Shown: in pieces, positions 1-12,964 of the stretch | Position numbering within the stretch: the stretch's first letter is position 1 | How the letters are laid out: every line of letters begins with the position of its first letter | Assembly: GCA_002633005.1 (NCBI GenBank) | Contig: NMRA01000716.1 | Span: 120,667-184,666, forward strand | DNA from: Phoronis australis | Taxonomy: Eukaryota; Animalia; Phoronida | Direction: 5' to 3' | DNA: 64,000 nt | The notes under the pieces: generated by a model | The model's input: only the letters and a program-made list of their open reading frames with translations | Told to the model about the DNA's origin: nothing | Database searches by the model: none | Program-made: the position numbers and the translations under genes

Positions 1-1791
1 TATTGAACAATAAAATTCTCCTAGGAATACCCACATCAAATTTACGTAATTTCCTCAATTCCAACAACATAACACAATGCCAATAAATTTTACTTTCTGA
101 TAATTACGCCACTGGTCCATCTAACAAGGCATAACATATCAGTAATTACGTACATGATCAACTAGTGAAAAGGCAGCCCCAACGTAATCTTGAAATCGAC
201 GCGCGTTTGTGAGAGTCAAATTGCGCATTGTTATGTGACACTATTTGAGCTAAAATACTACAAAACTTGGTCCGTGAACCCATGGAATTTGAAAGGTTCT
301 CTACAGTTGCGGTCTATATAGTGACAGGCAGTTTCTCTAAAAGCCAAGTATCAAACGTACATTAATGTGGTAACGTGGGCGGCGCTGCACTGAAAAATGT
401 GGGGGGCTAAAGCCCCCTCAGCCCCCCTGTGGTGCATCGCCTATAGACCATGTGCAACGTAACAGTGAAAAATTGGGGTGCTATAGCCCTCCCCCCCCCC
501 AGCCCCCAGCCCCGTATAGTGCGCCGCCCATGGGTAATGACACATATTCCATTAATATCACTAACTGAAGATCAAAACTCGCTGCTCTGTGATTTTGATG
601 GCGGTGTGTAAACTACAGTGTAAATATTCACATTGCGCGAAACGAGAGTTTTACATACCTGTAATCGCAGACCTACATGTATCGACATCATTTTGTGTCT
701 TAGTCGAATTCGGAAAATCACCGAATATTCTTGTATATTTCCGTGACCCATATTCTCTATGTGCCCACCATCTTGTCATTGAAAGCGTACTAAACCATCT
801 GAGCAAAAACGTTATTTTGTTAGGTTGGTTTGGGTTAACATTTGAATTCGTATTATATGTGTTTATTGTCCAAATGTTTAACTACTTGCACGTTGAAATA
901 GTGAAGGTGTCATATTTTCCTCAGCCAACATTAAGTCCCCTGACTCATTGCAAAGGTACGGCAAATTTCAGTTAAAACACTCGTTCTGGTACTAAGGTAG
1001 AGGAAAGCAATTTCTAGATCTCCAAAAGTATTTTTTCGTCGCCTTGGAGCAAAACAGTGCACGTCTCAGTGAATGGGGTACTTTAGGAAACTAATCTGTG
1101 AGGTATCAGTCAGATACAGATCGTCTGGCAATCGAGACTCGCGGACGGGAACAAACCATGGGAGTAGTGGTCACTCTTAGTGTTCTCGTTGAAAGCTCGA
1201 ACATTATCTAAATGTCTTTGGCACCAACTTTTAACTTCATTTTTTCAATTTAGTAAAACGTGCGCGGCTATGTACACAAGAATTTCACTAGGTATACCAC
1301 GTGTTGGCTTTTAGATAAAAGGTTTCAACACCCTCATAACTCTTCAAATAACTTGTAACAAGGTCTTTATGTAGTCATGTTTTATATGTTGTCAACAAAT
1401 CACTGTGTAAACATTTGGATGTGCCTTGTATTTATTTTATTGTAAAGAACAGGATTCCTAATTATCAAGTTTGGTGCAGTAAGGAAGTAATAAACAATAG
1501 CTTCTTTTCTCATAAGCTTCAACGTTTTGCTTTATCATCAGGTGTGGCTTTGAGAAGAGCTCTATAGCAGCAAAAATATCATCATCAGTAAAATTTATTA
1601 ACCCTTAATTGCCATGATAAGCTCGTAATAACACGTTTTATCAGCACGCACCCCCTATTACCAAAACTGCCGCTAAGGAGAATATACAAGCATATAAGCC
1701 ACCAATTTTGTTTTAGAGTTGTTCGTCGTCGCAATTTCCGTGCGCGTTGAGTTCTTTTGTAACACCAAAGCAAATTTGATTGCCAGCTCCT

Positions 1792-2511
1792 TGTCAGAAT
1801 ATAGTCTGACATTATTATTAGTTGTATTGTTTTGTTTTGTTATTCAGTTTGATTTGCATGACCCCTGAGTTAAGTACAATGATGATGTAATTTGTTTACT
1901 ACAGCATAGTGTGGAACTTTCTAGAAGTCTGTAGCATGACAGTGATTGATGAAGTCTGGAATATTCTAGAGACTAGTACATGTTTGTAGAAAGATTGGGT
2001 AGGTTCCAGAAAGTTCTGGTATGTGCTTGAATTGATGAAAAGTTCTAGAACAATGCATTAGGCTATAAATACACAAGCACGGGTTTGTGTTGGGCAGATA
2101 AGATTAGATCGAGTTGAGTTAAAGATTAAGTCAGTTGAGTCCAAGAAGATCAAGTCGAGAGATCAAGTGAGTTCAAGTAAGTTAATCAGGAGAACTACAG
2201 TTGAGTTGCAGAATCAGCAGTTACAGCGATAGTCAATAGAGAGCCAGCTATAGAGACAGCAGGTTATTGAATTGAGTGTAACAGTTGCTGGAAGTATCTC
2301 AGAAGTTCAATACAAGTCAAGGCTTCGCAGCACTGGCTGGAGCATAAACAGACATTACGTCGGACGTTTTGTTTGAGTAGGCTTGTGAACGTACGGTCGG
2401 GATTAATAAAGGATTAACTCGAACCAGACTTCAGTCAATCTTCACACCGAAAGCTATTAGCACCGGTCTGTAACAACCTGCGCCCACCCACACACGGGGA
2501 AAAACGTGACA
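1792..2511 (+). mobile_element. Solo LTR (720 bp)
   Basis: Termini TGTCA...TGACA, with a 5-bp target-site duplication CTCCT at 1787-1791 and 2512-2516. Internal TATAAA at 2064 and AATAAA at 2405. Confidence 0.88.
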
Positions 2512-3359
2512 CTCCTCATATAATGCATGCTAAAGGTAGTCATGTTGCGTTCTGCCTGTTCATTAGAAATTGCCAAAGCATCACAAAAACTTCATGTTCA
2601 AATGGAATAGTTGGTTTAATTGATTATGCACAGGTCTGTGAACATTTTAGCAGTCGACAAGCAATAACAACAAGACAGAGCGACTACATGTACAAGCGTA
2701 TACGGAAATACACCCGAAAAGTCACCTTCTCAGCTGAAGCGACATCCGCTAAAGGCAACATTTGAATGCAAAACAATTCATCACAGATCATGATTACTGG
2801 TTTAAAAAAATGTGCAGGCGGCCTGATGCCTTTTGCGCTACATCAGGCGTGCTTAGGCTGCATAAGGCCGGGCCCATTACATTGATCACTTGATTACGAT
2901 TTATGGGGACCCGGTTTCCTCATGGGTAAAGTCCTCCAATCTGCTTGTTTATTTCAGAAAGACCACTACTGGTGTTACTGTAACATCAATTTCTGGCTCC
3001 TTCTACTGGGAACTGATAACTGTCGCACGTGTCAGCGAAAATTTCGTCGTCTTCTGTAACCACGAGTAATATAGTTTAAATCTGACATATTCGAGTCTAT
3101 TCAAGAAAGGGTTCTTGGCTTTAAACTAGACAACCACTGCCAATCGAAGACGGGCTTAGAAACCCAGCCACACTGTGAGCCATCTTTGTTTTTTGAAAGT
3201 CTTGTAAGCCCGTGTAAAGTGTAAGGTTTTGTCTGAGTATGCTATATATACAATGTATGCTGTAGAAAGTATGACCTGGATGGCAAACAAAAGAAATTCT
3301 TAATCAATTTACTCGCAATAAGCTCACTAGCTCCAAGTCAAAAGTTCACTGACTCGAGC

Positions 3360-3512
3360 CAGTGGCTTATTTAAGGGGGGTAAGGGGGCCTTGGCCTCCC
3401 TAAAAAATTCCCAGATTCCATTTGGCAGTTCGGGGGTGCAAATGTCTGACGGGCAAAATTCTGGCTAATACTCTGCCCTGCCCCCCAACTCAAAATCCTG
3501 GATCCGCCCCTG
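3360..3512. mobile_element. MITE with CAGTGGC.../...GGATCCGCCCCTG ends, hAT-like
   Basis: Imperfect TIRs with G-runs and C-runs, flanked by a 5-bp direct repeat CGAGC (3355-3359, 3513-3517). Confidence 0.7.
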
Positions 3513-3594
3513 CGAGCTGCTCTGAAATCAACACCATTGGGAGCTTTACGGAGTCAGCATCTATTCAACTACACAGGGTTCAGATCCTGATGCA

Positions 3595-3870
3595 AAGTTG
3601 ACAGGATAAAACTTTGTAGACACCGATTTGCTTCGCAGCTTTGTTGAAAGGTTCAAATGCCCTAACTGTTCTATTGAGAACTTTGGAAATTCAGAGATGA
3701 AGAAGCTTCGGCGATCAAATTTGAATGCCTTGAAATGGACTGTGATTTTTCTTTTTTTTTAACTCAAAGGAAGGACTGATGGCAATAACATGTTGTTGGA
3801 TGTGAATAGGCGATTGGCAAAAGCAAACTCAAGGACATGGATTTTTGGTGGAGGAAAGGCAACCAAGAGA
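3595..3870 (+). mobile_element. Degenerate DNA transposase N-terminal remnant (Kolobok/Mutator-like)
   Basis: G*NFVDTDLLRSFVERFKCPNCS...C...LLDVNRRL, with stops and frameshifts. Confidence 0.4.
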
Positions 3871-4765
3871 ATTGGTGGGGGCATAACTTAACCAAAAATT
3901 AACATAAAAAAGCCAGGCCCTATGGAGCCACGATCAGAAAAAATTGAGAACGTCGAGGGAATGTATCGCTACATTTGGGTTACTTTAACATCGACACAAT
4001 CTTTCGATGACTTTTCGCGGGGAAAATAATCTCTTGCTTAAGTGGCTTTGATTTTCAATTGTCAGGGACAGTATATTTTCAAACCTCACAAAAACAAACT
4101 TACAATATATACGTCTGTTGTCTAAATATAAATATCTCGTCACGGTTTGAGGCGCGGGAGAAGTGTAGTGGATTTTTGTCAATGAGTTGAATGTCGGCGA
4201 TGGGAAACTATTGGTGTGTTAATAACATGACGCAGTATTTTTTAATCTCTTTGTCACAGGAATTTCCCTCTTTCAGGGCCGGGTAGCTAATTACTGTTTT
4301 CATCTTACCCCGCGGAGCACAGATGTCCGACTGCGCAGCGTGGCAGGCCAGGCGGTCCGGTTCCGCCAGCTAGCAGTGTATACGAATATTTCTGGCTAAG
4401 TGGGAGTTATTCATTTTACTTTAAACTCGTTAATACTTATATTGTACCATTTGGCACTATAGCTAGTTTTCTACCTGAAAAAATTTCCCCACCAAATGGT
4501 ATTCTCTTGGCAGTCAGCCGCCCGGCCGTAGCGAAGTCACGTCTAATTTTTTTCCATATTAATTTTACGCTAGTTTAACTGTCAGGATACTCTAACTGTA
4601 TAGCAATTTTATTCAATAATTTGATGTTGCATGTTCGTTGCTCTTTTTATACTGTTTCTTTACCAGAGTTAGTTAAACCCCGCAGTAAAACACTCTGTCA
4701 ATTATTTTATACGCGTTTGCAGGCTAGTGAACAGACACTGCTCCAGTCGCACACCCGACGTACTA

Positions 4766-4950
4766 AGCCTGGCGTGCGTTCAGTAGACGCTAGGACCTAC
4801 GCTAGGACCTAGCTAAAACCTACGCTAGGACCTAGCTAAAACCTAGTCAAAGTCACGTGCTCTCATTTAAAATGCACCGCAATATCTCACGTAATCTCGC
4901 GAAGTCTTGCTTTTTAGCGAGGTCCTAGCGTTACTGAACGGGAGGCAGGG
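4766..4950. mobile_element. Small MITE
   Basis: Inverted ends CGTTCAGTA(G)ACGCTAGGACCT / AGGTCCTAGCGTTACTGAACG, with internal tandem copies of ACGCTAGGACCTAGCTAAAACCT. Confidence 0.65.
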
Positions 4951-6090
4951 TTCCTGAATGAATTGTACTTCCGTTTTCGCGCTTAGTTCAAAAACGTGTG
5001 CTTCTAGGATTTTAAATGTTTAGTTATGACATCTGGGTATTGAACAATAGCTGATCTTGCCAAAATAGATGGTAAATATGTCGACTACGAATATGTTGCA
5101 GGATGTAACGCTACAACCAGTCATCGCCGTGCAGCGCGTGTTAACGAAATGATGACACGTACCAACCAGGAGGATTTTGGACTGTTATAAGTGTCAATAA
5201 CTTAGGCACTTATTTATCTTGAACTATTCTGTGTTGTACCATGTTATTTAGAAGCATGGGTGAGAGATCTGAAGCCACTTTACATAGTTTGCAGTCTTAT
5301 ATTCTTTTGCGATTTTCTCAGAATAGCATTTTCAGCATACTTAAAACGTCATAACTCACCAAGTAGCTGAGAGCTTGACAAAATTCAAAGACAACAAAAA
5401 TAATGTGTTGCTTATTTTGACGTGTGTTTAATGACAAATAATGACTTAATTATCTGAACCAGCTGTCTACTGTATATCAGAACAAGCGGAAAACAGTAAA
5501 AACAGATTGGGCTACCCTCACTGTAAATATTACAGTAATAAATAAATAAATAAAATCCCTAGACTCTCAATCCTCCGAAAATGCTGAACAAACTCCAGTC
5601 CCGATGGCCAGATTCCATAGTGTCGCCTTTAATTCCAGCTACGAATTCCTGCGGCCATGGATTGTGGTCTCAGGACTGGAGTTTGATCACTGGGTAGAGC
5701 ATTTTTGATGTGTGCGTAGGGGAGAAAATGTTTTTTTTTTATCGTGGATTTGATGTCTGGTGGTCGGACTGGAAATTTGGTGATCGCACCTAAAATTTGG
5801 AGGTGGTCTTGGAGTTACATTGACCCATTGAAAAGGAATGAATTAATACAAAGACAAATACTGAGTCATTTATGAAAAAATACCAGAAATCCTTCTTCTC
5901 TGACGATCGAAAACAAACGAAATTATAAGCCCAACTTTCGGCTTACAGACAAATCGGCGCAACCGAAATACCAGAAGTAACGTCACCTTGTAATGTGGAT
6001 GTTGGCTTTGGTAAAGTACGACTAGAGATGACAAGACACTAAGGAGGTGATTGTCAATTAACGGGAGCTGAAGTGTTGATAGTGAGTTAC

Positions 6091-7232
6091 CTTCAAATCC
6101 AATATAGCGCTGGAAGGAAATAAGTCCGTCTGCTCAGTGTTTCCTTCTTTGATAATGGATGGCGCTGGTTGATTTACGACTACATATGAATTGACAGTCA
6201 TGTCTCGTGAAAATTGATCCGCGTCAGTGAAGATTGGTAACCACAAGTCCTTGTCAAACTCAGGAAAACGTGCTTTTCATTAATCAAAACGTTTCATTCA
6301 TTATGTCAATTTACATTGAGAACCACTAAACACTTGCCATATAGTGAGCCTATCTTAAGTCGCGAACGCCTTTTCGTCCAGTCACTGGCGTTAACTTGCA
6401 ACTCATAACCTTTCGAGAGTTTATGGTGCCAACCAAAAGTATACATATAAATAAAGCAACTCGTGATCTTTTGGGGTCTGAAATGTGAATTCTCTATATA
6501 TACCTTTGTCAGTGATAAGACTATAAATGTAATCAATTTCAAAGTAAACTTCTTCATGACTTAAGTAAATCCTTGATAGTTAATCCAATAACAAGACAGT
6601 GAAGTAAGTCAGATTACAACACTGGGATTTTCTGTACACCTAATTAACCAAAAAATGTGTAGTCTACGTATTCCGCAAACCTGGGGCTTTAAAAGCTGAA
6701 TAGTGGACAACTGAATGGTGATATCAACAGCTATGAACCGCATTGTAATCAGCGAGATTTTTCGATTCAACTAAGTGATTTTATCTCCAGTCGTATTTTA
6801 CAGAGAACAAGGGACGTTGGTCTACTCATCAGAATCATGTGCGTCACTGTCACACTTACCCTTTAAGTCCACAGTGGCTTCTCCTGGAGTGGACATCGCC
6901 ACAGAAAGTCTGACCGGCTGCACAGTTTCCGCCCTCACCCTTGATGTTACGGATACCTGAACTTTACGTTGAGAGAGTGAACGATTGTTGAAAGTCCAAA
7001 TACCAGCTTCTGCTGTCCCAGGAGTGACAACCGCAAGGTTTTTAGACGCGTCGTTGTACAAAAATTGCTGACGTGTTCAGCATAGAAACATCGGGTGTGA
7101 CGATAGAAGCGATGAACCCTCGGGAAGAATTCCATGTAACATACACAGCAGTGTTTGAGCTAATATCGCCGCAATATTAAAAGTTACGTTTATGGACGCA
7201 TAGCCTTTCAGTGTAACAAGTTCGTCCATAAC
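6091..7232 (-). pseudogene. CLCA-like (calcium-activated chloride channel regulator) exon relics
   Basis: Exon 7232-6860 (cctag| ... G|gtaag) reads VMDELVTLKGYASINVTFNI/../VYVTW../LYNDASKNLAVVTPGTAEAGIWTF..VQVSVTSR..QPVRL with two frameshifts. Exon 6260-6091 reads FSRDMTVNSYVV..DLFPSSAILDLK, and its acceptor is mutated to ctg. Both resemble the CLCA IPGIAKVGTW..VTSR and FSRTSSGGSF..DLFPPGQITDLKA segments. Confidence 0.75.
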
Positions 7233-7531
7233 CTAGGACAAAGCAGAACAGGTGAATATTTTTCGGTTGTTTTTACATTTGCTTTAATCTTGTAAATTAA
7301 TTTCACAAACTAAAATGAATTCTTTCAAAACCTTCTTCATGTTGTATTTCGTGGAGTTCTGATATACAGCACAACGCTATTTTTACAAAGAATCATGATT
7401 GTACACTTATTTGTTATGTATTTATGCTATTGATACCATATGTCATCCAATGTATGAACAGTATGTAACAATCACCTTCTCCTATTTTCTTCTCAATTGT
7501 TATTTTTATGTATTTTAGTGCATTGATAGAC

Positions 7532-7700
7532 TGTAAAATGTAACAATTTCGTAAAATGTAACAACTGTTACATTTTACGTCATTGTTACATTTACGTTGC
7601 TAAGCCTCTCCTAAAATGTAACAAGTTGTTACATTTTACGTAGTTGTTACATTTCACGTCGAAGCACATGCGAGAAGTGTACCATTGTTACATTTTACGA
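7532..7700. repeat. Cluster of direct and inverted GTAAAATGTAACAA units
   Basis: About 9 copies of GTAAAATGTAACAA or its complement TTGTTACATTTTACG. Confidence 0.8.
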
Positions 7701-8029
7701 AACCCATGTCATATTGCAAAGAAAATGACGAAAAATACGAACAAGTGGTATCCGACACGGCCGGGGGCCTACTGGAGTATTTTTAGACGAGGAGAGCGGC
7801 CCGTAAAATTTGAATACCTACCCGTTTAGAGAGTGAACTCGAACAAAAAAGTGACCCATTTAGAGACTAATTTGTGTAAAATTCACATGTTTGTACAGTT
7901 TTGTTCCAGAAAATCAGAAAAGGCACCCTTTTAGATAGTATTTGTCGAAAATGACTCTATTTTGGAGAGTTTTTTGCCCTGAAAAAACACCCTGGGGGCT
8001 GACACTGCATCAATTTGGCTACCCATTAT

Positions 8030-8136
8030 CATTTTTATTAATATTACATTACTATCACTACTATTACTACCATTACTACCATTACTGCTATTTCTACTAT
8101 TGCCACTATCACTACTATTACCCGTTTTCATTGTCG

Positions 8137-8192
<56 letters not shown>

Positions 8193-8203
8193 GTTATTGT
8201 ATT
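8030..8203. repeat. (TAC/TAT)n trinucleotide microsatellite
   Basis: Degenerate TAC/CAT run followed by pure (TAT)n. Confidence 0.95.
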
Positions 8204-9916
8204 AATTTTCTGAGTACACAGTGCAATATACACAATACATGGTTAAGAAAGTGCTTATACATCATGGTCCTTAAAGATTTTAAAATCATCTCATTTATGG
8301 TTCAATATTTTCACCAGGCTTCCCATAGTGGACAATGAGTGCTGTTTAAAGAGATTTTAAATGGATTCCTACATGTTCAGCCCTAATGGCCTACCATGGT
8401 GCCAAAATGACTATTTTTATATCTAAAATACATGTATTGATGAAAAACATCAAAATACGGTGTCATAGCATAACCCAGTCGTTACTTAAGCAGGCCGTTT
8501 ACAACACAGTAGCCCCATCACGACCCCATTTAGCGCCAAAAAACTTGAGATGGCGCTTGCACCAGCTGAAGTCTATGACATCTTCGACACAACGAATTTC
8601 GATTTCACCGAGTCACCATCATATCGGAATCAGCGACGACTGGTCCTTTAATTTAGAGCAAAATACGTGGAAAATCAAGGAAACACATTGATTCTTCATT
8701 TCGTATCAATTAATATTCAAACTGATCAAGATAGCGACATCATCAGTATTGAAATATCCAGTGGCGCACAGGTGGCTAAAAATAGACGAATCCTAAGTGT
8801 CCCCGTAAGTTGAATGAACGACGAAAATATGTCAAAATTTGACGTTGTCCTATTTATTTCGCAAACTACTGTGTTCTGAGTATTAGCTTGATATAACTAG
8901 ATGATAGGTCTGATCGAAATGATTTTTGCCTTTCAACGTTTTTCACAATGGGCCTATGACGAACAGGTAGATATTCTCTCGCCCGGCGTGTGATTCAAGG
9001 AACCATTCATGACAAGCAGTGCTCAAAACTTTATTTTCTCATGTTTAGCTGTACGAAAAAAGGCCCATCATTCCAAAACCATCTTCCTCGAATTGCTTCT
9101 GACAGTGACAGGATTTTACTTCCGATGACACAAAGAACACCAACCTAAGAGAAAAACAAGCGTCATATAGAAGACTGGCCGTCCGTTACAAAATTTGATC
9201 ATTCCCAGTTAGTTGTAAGCCTTCTGTCAGTTTCAACTGAATATTCAAATCAACACTATCATTGAACGGACAGTGTATTGTACAGTGTGATAGGTTTAAC
9301 AATTATAGTTTTATTCTAGATTGTTTTCACAATTTCATTAAGGAGCTGATGCGAACGTCGAGGAAGACGGGTATTTGGGATATTCTACCAACTTCACTGG
9401 AAATGAAAGATACAGCGTCAGGGTAAAAGCTTCATTTTTACCAAACATAACAAAAATCGAAACGTCGTCTGGTGCAAACCGGCCCATAGATACCCATAAG
9501 TCTAGTAAGTCATTTTTCAATCGTATCAATTGACGAAGATTTGTTTCGTGCGCTTACGGAAAATTAGCGCTTCATTTTGGCATGTTTATAAAATATATCT
9601 AACCAAGTTAATTTTGAAAACGTTTGACGGAGGTTTAAGCATATAGGACCTTCATTGTTGTTCTAATAACTATCGACGACATCGATTCTCTCAACATGCA
9701 GTCCATTTTGGTGTCTGAGAAACACGAACAGTAATACTTTGCAGTCATCTTTATTATTACTAACCATACTAATGCGCTTTATTTTTATGTATACTCTAGG
9801 TTCGCACCATAAACTTTCGAAAGGTTATTAGTCGCGATAGCGAATGTTTAGTGGTTTTCAGTGTAAATTAACATATTGAATGAAAAGTATTGATTAATGA
9901 AAAGCATTTTTTCCAG

Positions 9917-10662
9917 AGTTTGAAAAGGACTTGTGGCTACCAACCTTCAATGACGCGGATCAATTTTCACGAGACATGACTGCCAATTCATTTGTAGTCG
10001 TAAAGCAACCAGCGCCAACCACTAGCAAAGAAGGAAACTCAGAGCAGACGGACTTACTTCCTCCCAGCGCCATGTTGGATTTGAAGGTAACTCACTATCA
10101 ACACTTCAGCTCCCGCTATTGGACAATCTCCTCCTTCGTGTCTTCTCATCTCTAGTCGAAGTTCACCAAAGCCAACACCCACATTACACGGTGACGTTGC
10201 TTCTGGTATTTCTGTTTCATACGTTTGTAGTTTGAAGTAGATCACAGGTACCTGAATACTATAACTAAATCGCTTGTTCAAGGACAACAGGCTCTTTTGA
10301 GTCATCCCACCGTTTTATTAAGTACTTCTTTAACAAAGAGTAACATGTTTGTTTTCACCCCTCGCCACCATAACAACCATCACCTTCGTCTCACTACTAT
10401 CAAAGATGATTGTTTTACTTTGGTAACTCAGAGTGATCAAAACGTCGCCATGTTAGCCAAACCTCTGTACCAGTGATAGTTAGGTATCATACGTGCACGA
10501 TTTATCCTGATTGCAGTCATTTTGACAACTTGTACTATGATGCCCACGAAACACTAGTGACTAAATGTGCTACCACATTCCAGATGAATGAAGTTTCCAA
10601 CTCAAAGGCTTCGGTATCGTTACAATGGACGGCACTAGGAGACGACTTAGATCAAGGAAATG
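9917..10662 (+). pseudogene. CLCA-like C-terminal-region exons (isolated fragment)
   Basis: Exons 9917-10086 and 10584-10662 have intact splice sites and join in frame: FSRDMTANSFVV..DLLPPSAMLDLK|MNEVSNSKASVSLQWTALGDDLDQGN, matching the CLCA LxWTAPGDDxDxG motif. No other plus-strand CLCA exons were recognised in the window. Confidence 0.7.
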
Positions 10663-11399
10663 GTAAGTTTTCAGTTGATAATCTATTAAAGAGTAACAAG
10701 ACAACGTTGTGTTGCACTTATCCAACTGATATGATACATTACGTGCATCAAATGGGCGCACATTTTAATTTGTCAATGAAAAAGTCGTTTTTCATCAGCC
10801 ATTATATTTGAACCTCTCTGGGTTTAAGTTGCTTGCAGAGGGGTCAAAAGATGTACTTGATTGACTTTGTCGGTTCCGCCGTTTAAACCGACTAAGACAT
10901 CTGATTGGTGTGTAATTAGGAAGTCCACATCGAGAACCAATCAGAGGCCTCAGCTGGCGGAACTGGCGGAGTGCAGCCGATTGTATTCTTGAAAATACTA
11001 GCTAACTTGTGAATTCGTTTTTTTTTGGGAACATATATGAGTGATGTTAAAACCATTCTTCTTTGTCTTCAAGATAATTATAGGTCTACTGAAGTTAGAG
11101 CGAAAGCAAATACGTTCTATCGCAGGTTTTACGACAGGTCGTACATATTGCTAAGACAGCCTCTGTTACGAACGCAGTAATGTGTAAGAGCTTTCACCGC
11201 GCTTGATCTTTTGACTGTCTTGATCAATTGCTTCTAAGTTCTTGGGGATCGTCTTATTGAAGGTTGTATGCCCTTTCTTAACTTACATGGTCGCACGTGT
11301 GATTTCAACGTAAGTCAAATTTGTATAGAGTTCACTAACGTGGCTTGCAAATGCAATTTTTAAGTCTAATTATGAAAAGTTATCAAATTATCGTTACTT

Positions 11400-11690
11400 A
11401 CGAGTTGACGCTCGTTAGTGTGAAGAATGCAGCGTTACCCGTCCACCCAACGTACAAAGCAGCGAAGGGTTACCGATTGTGTGGCAAGCATTTCCTGCCG
11501 TCTGAGTACTAGAAAGATACATCTATTTACGCCGAATTCATGAAGTTCCCTGCGAAATAACGCCCTGCATTTGCACCAAGAAGCCTCACCACGTCCGTTC
11601 TCAGTCTCTGCCTCATTCCTCTCAACAGCTGCCTGTGATTGGACGTACTCTGCTTCATTATACTCGGGCTCAAACATATACCCACTCACT
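11400..11690 (-). pseudogene. Degenerate P2X7 C-terminal-like ORF (type often carried by invertebrate DNA transposons)
   Basis: Motifs GYMFEPEY ... GRGEASWCKC ... RCFVRWV in the expected order, but internally deleted. Confidence 0.4.
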
Positions 11691-12964
11691 TGACAGTCCG
11701 TGAAAAACGTCCTTGTCACCACTCTTATGACGTCACTCACGTCACTTCTGTCACTGTGACTGGGTCGCCGACTCCAGCCTTTTTCAGGCTACTACAAAGT
11801 AAACAATCATTAAATCCAACGTAACTGAGTTCTCTATCAACCTGGCTTGTCGTAGAATGCTCGTCGATGGGAAGTGGTGACGACAATTTTAGAAAAACAG
11901 CACGAAAACAAAAGTTGTACAGATCCTCAATGTAAATTCAAACAGAACCAAACTGGCGGGAAATAATTGTCATACAAAACGTCACTTCCGGGGTAGAGGA
12001 CGAGTAATTAATTAAATGACAAAAAGCTATAATTAAGTGAAAAATATTTCTGGGATAATCAACGAAACTTGATTTTGCTATAAATGACATGAAAAAAGGT
12101 TGCCTTCGCTTTGAATATTGGGAAACATCTCAATATTAATAAAAGCGCTTTGGTAACTGGCATAGACAATATTAGCACTGCTGTAGTTTAGTATACACTG
12201 CTAACAGTCTGCTGTGACCCCGATGACCCAGTCACCCGACTCTGAAGACAGTGTTCCAGAGGTTCCAACTAATGGTGATGACTGATGTTATTCGAATCGT
12301 TGGAGCGTCCAGTACCGATCTACTAATTTACTTCTCTGGCTGTTTCGTCAGAGTAAATATTTTCGCAGCCACGTGTATTTTTAGTTCGTTCGTATCGCAA
12401 GCGAAAGGCCCGTGGTGACATTATAAAGAGAGAAACAACAAAGGGAGAGTAGCTGCAAGACGGCGTATTCAATACTTTACTATATATAAAGTAAAAAACT
12501 ACAAACTTGCAACACATCCTCTGTTTCCGTGGTTATCATCCTTAATTACTTTAGTTGGGGTCGATTCTAAAATCACCCGAGTCTCCAAAGCCAAAGGTTT
12601 AAAAGTAAAAGATAATTTTGAAAGTTAAATTTGAAGCCTAAAGTCAAGTAACGTTTAGACTCTCACCGAATACCCGATAGAATCCGAAGCTTACAGTTAA
12701 AGTTAAGTCGAGACTCTTACCGGATAGAAAATAGACCCGAAACCTATAGTTAAAATAAAGTGAGACTCTCACCGGATACATACTAGACCCGATAGAATCC
12801 TGTTTCACTGCCAAAGAATCCCGTTTTTCTATACAATTCTTTATTGGGAATATTTCAAATGCGCTAATTTAGGGGTCCAAAGTTTTAGGCAAGAATAACC
12901 AATAAGAATTTAAAATCAAATTTCGTGAAGTGACAAATATGGGATTTAGTTAATACACACTCCT

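Noticed and set aside
589-975. 128-aa ORF and other short ORFs such as 9338-9529, 16086-16319 and 48938-49348
   Set aside because: No recognisable motifs or supporting splice structure; consistent with chance ORFs or antisense shadows.
2523-2765. THAP-like hints (AQVCEHFS; also YVAGCN near 5090)
   Set aside because: Only isolated short motifs, with no complete C2CH signature.
7931-8233. Poly-I/poly-L/Y-H ORFs, and ER/SL ORFs at 15574-15843
   Set aside because: Translations of microsatellites.
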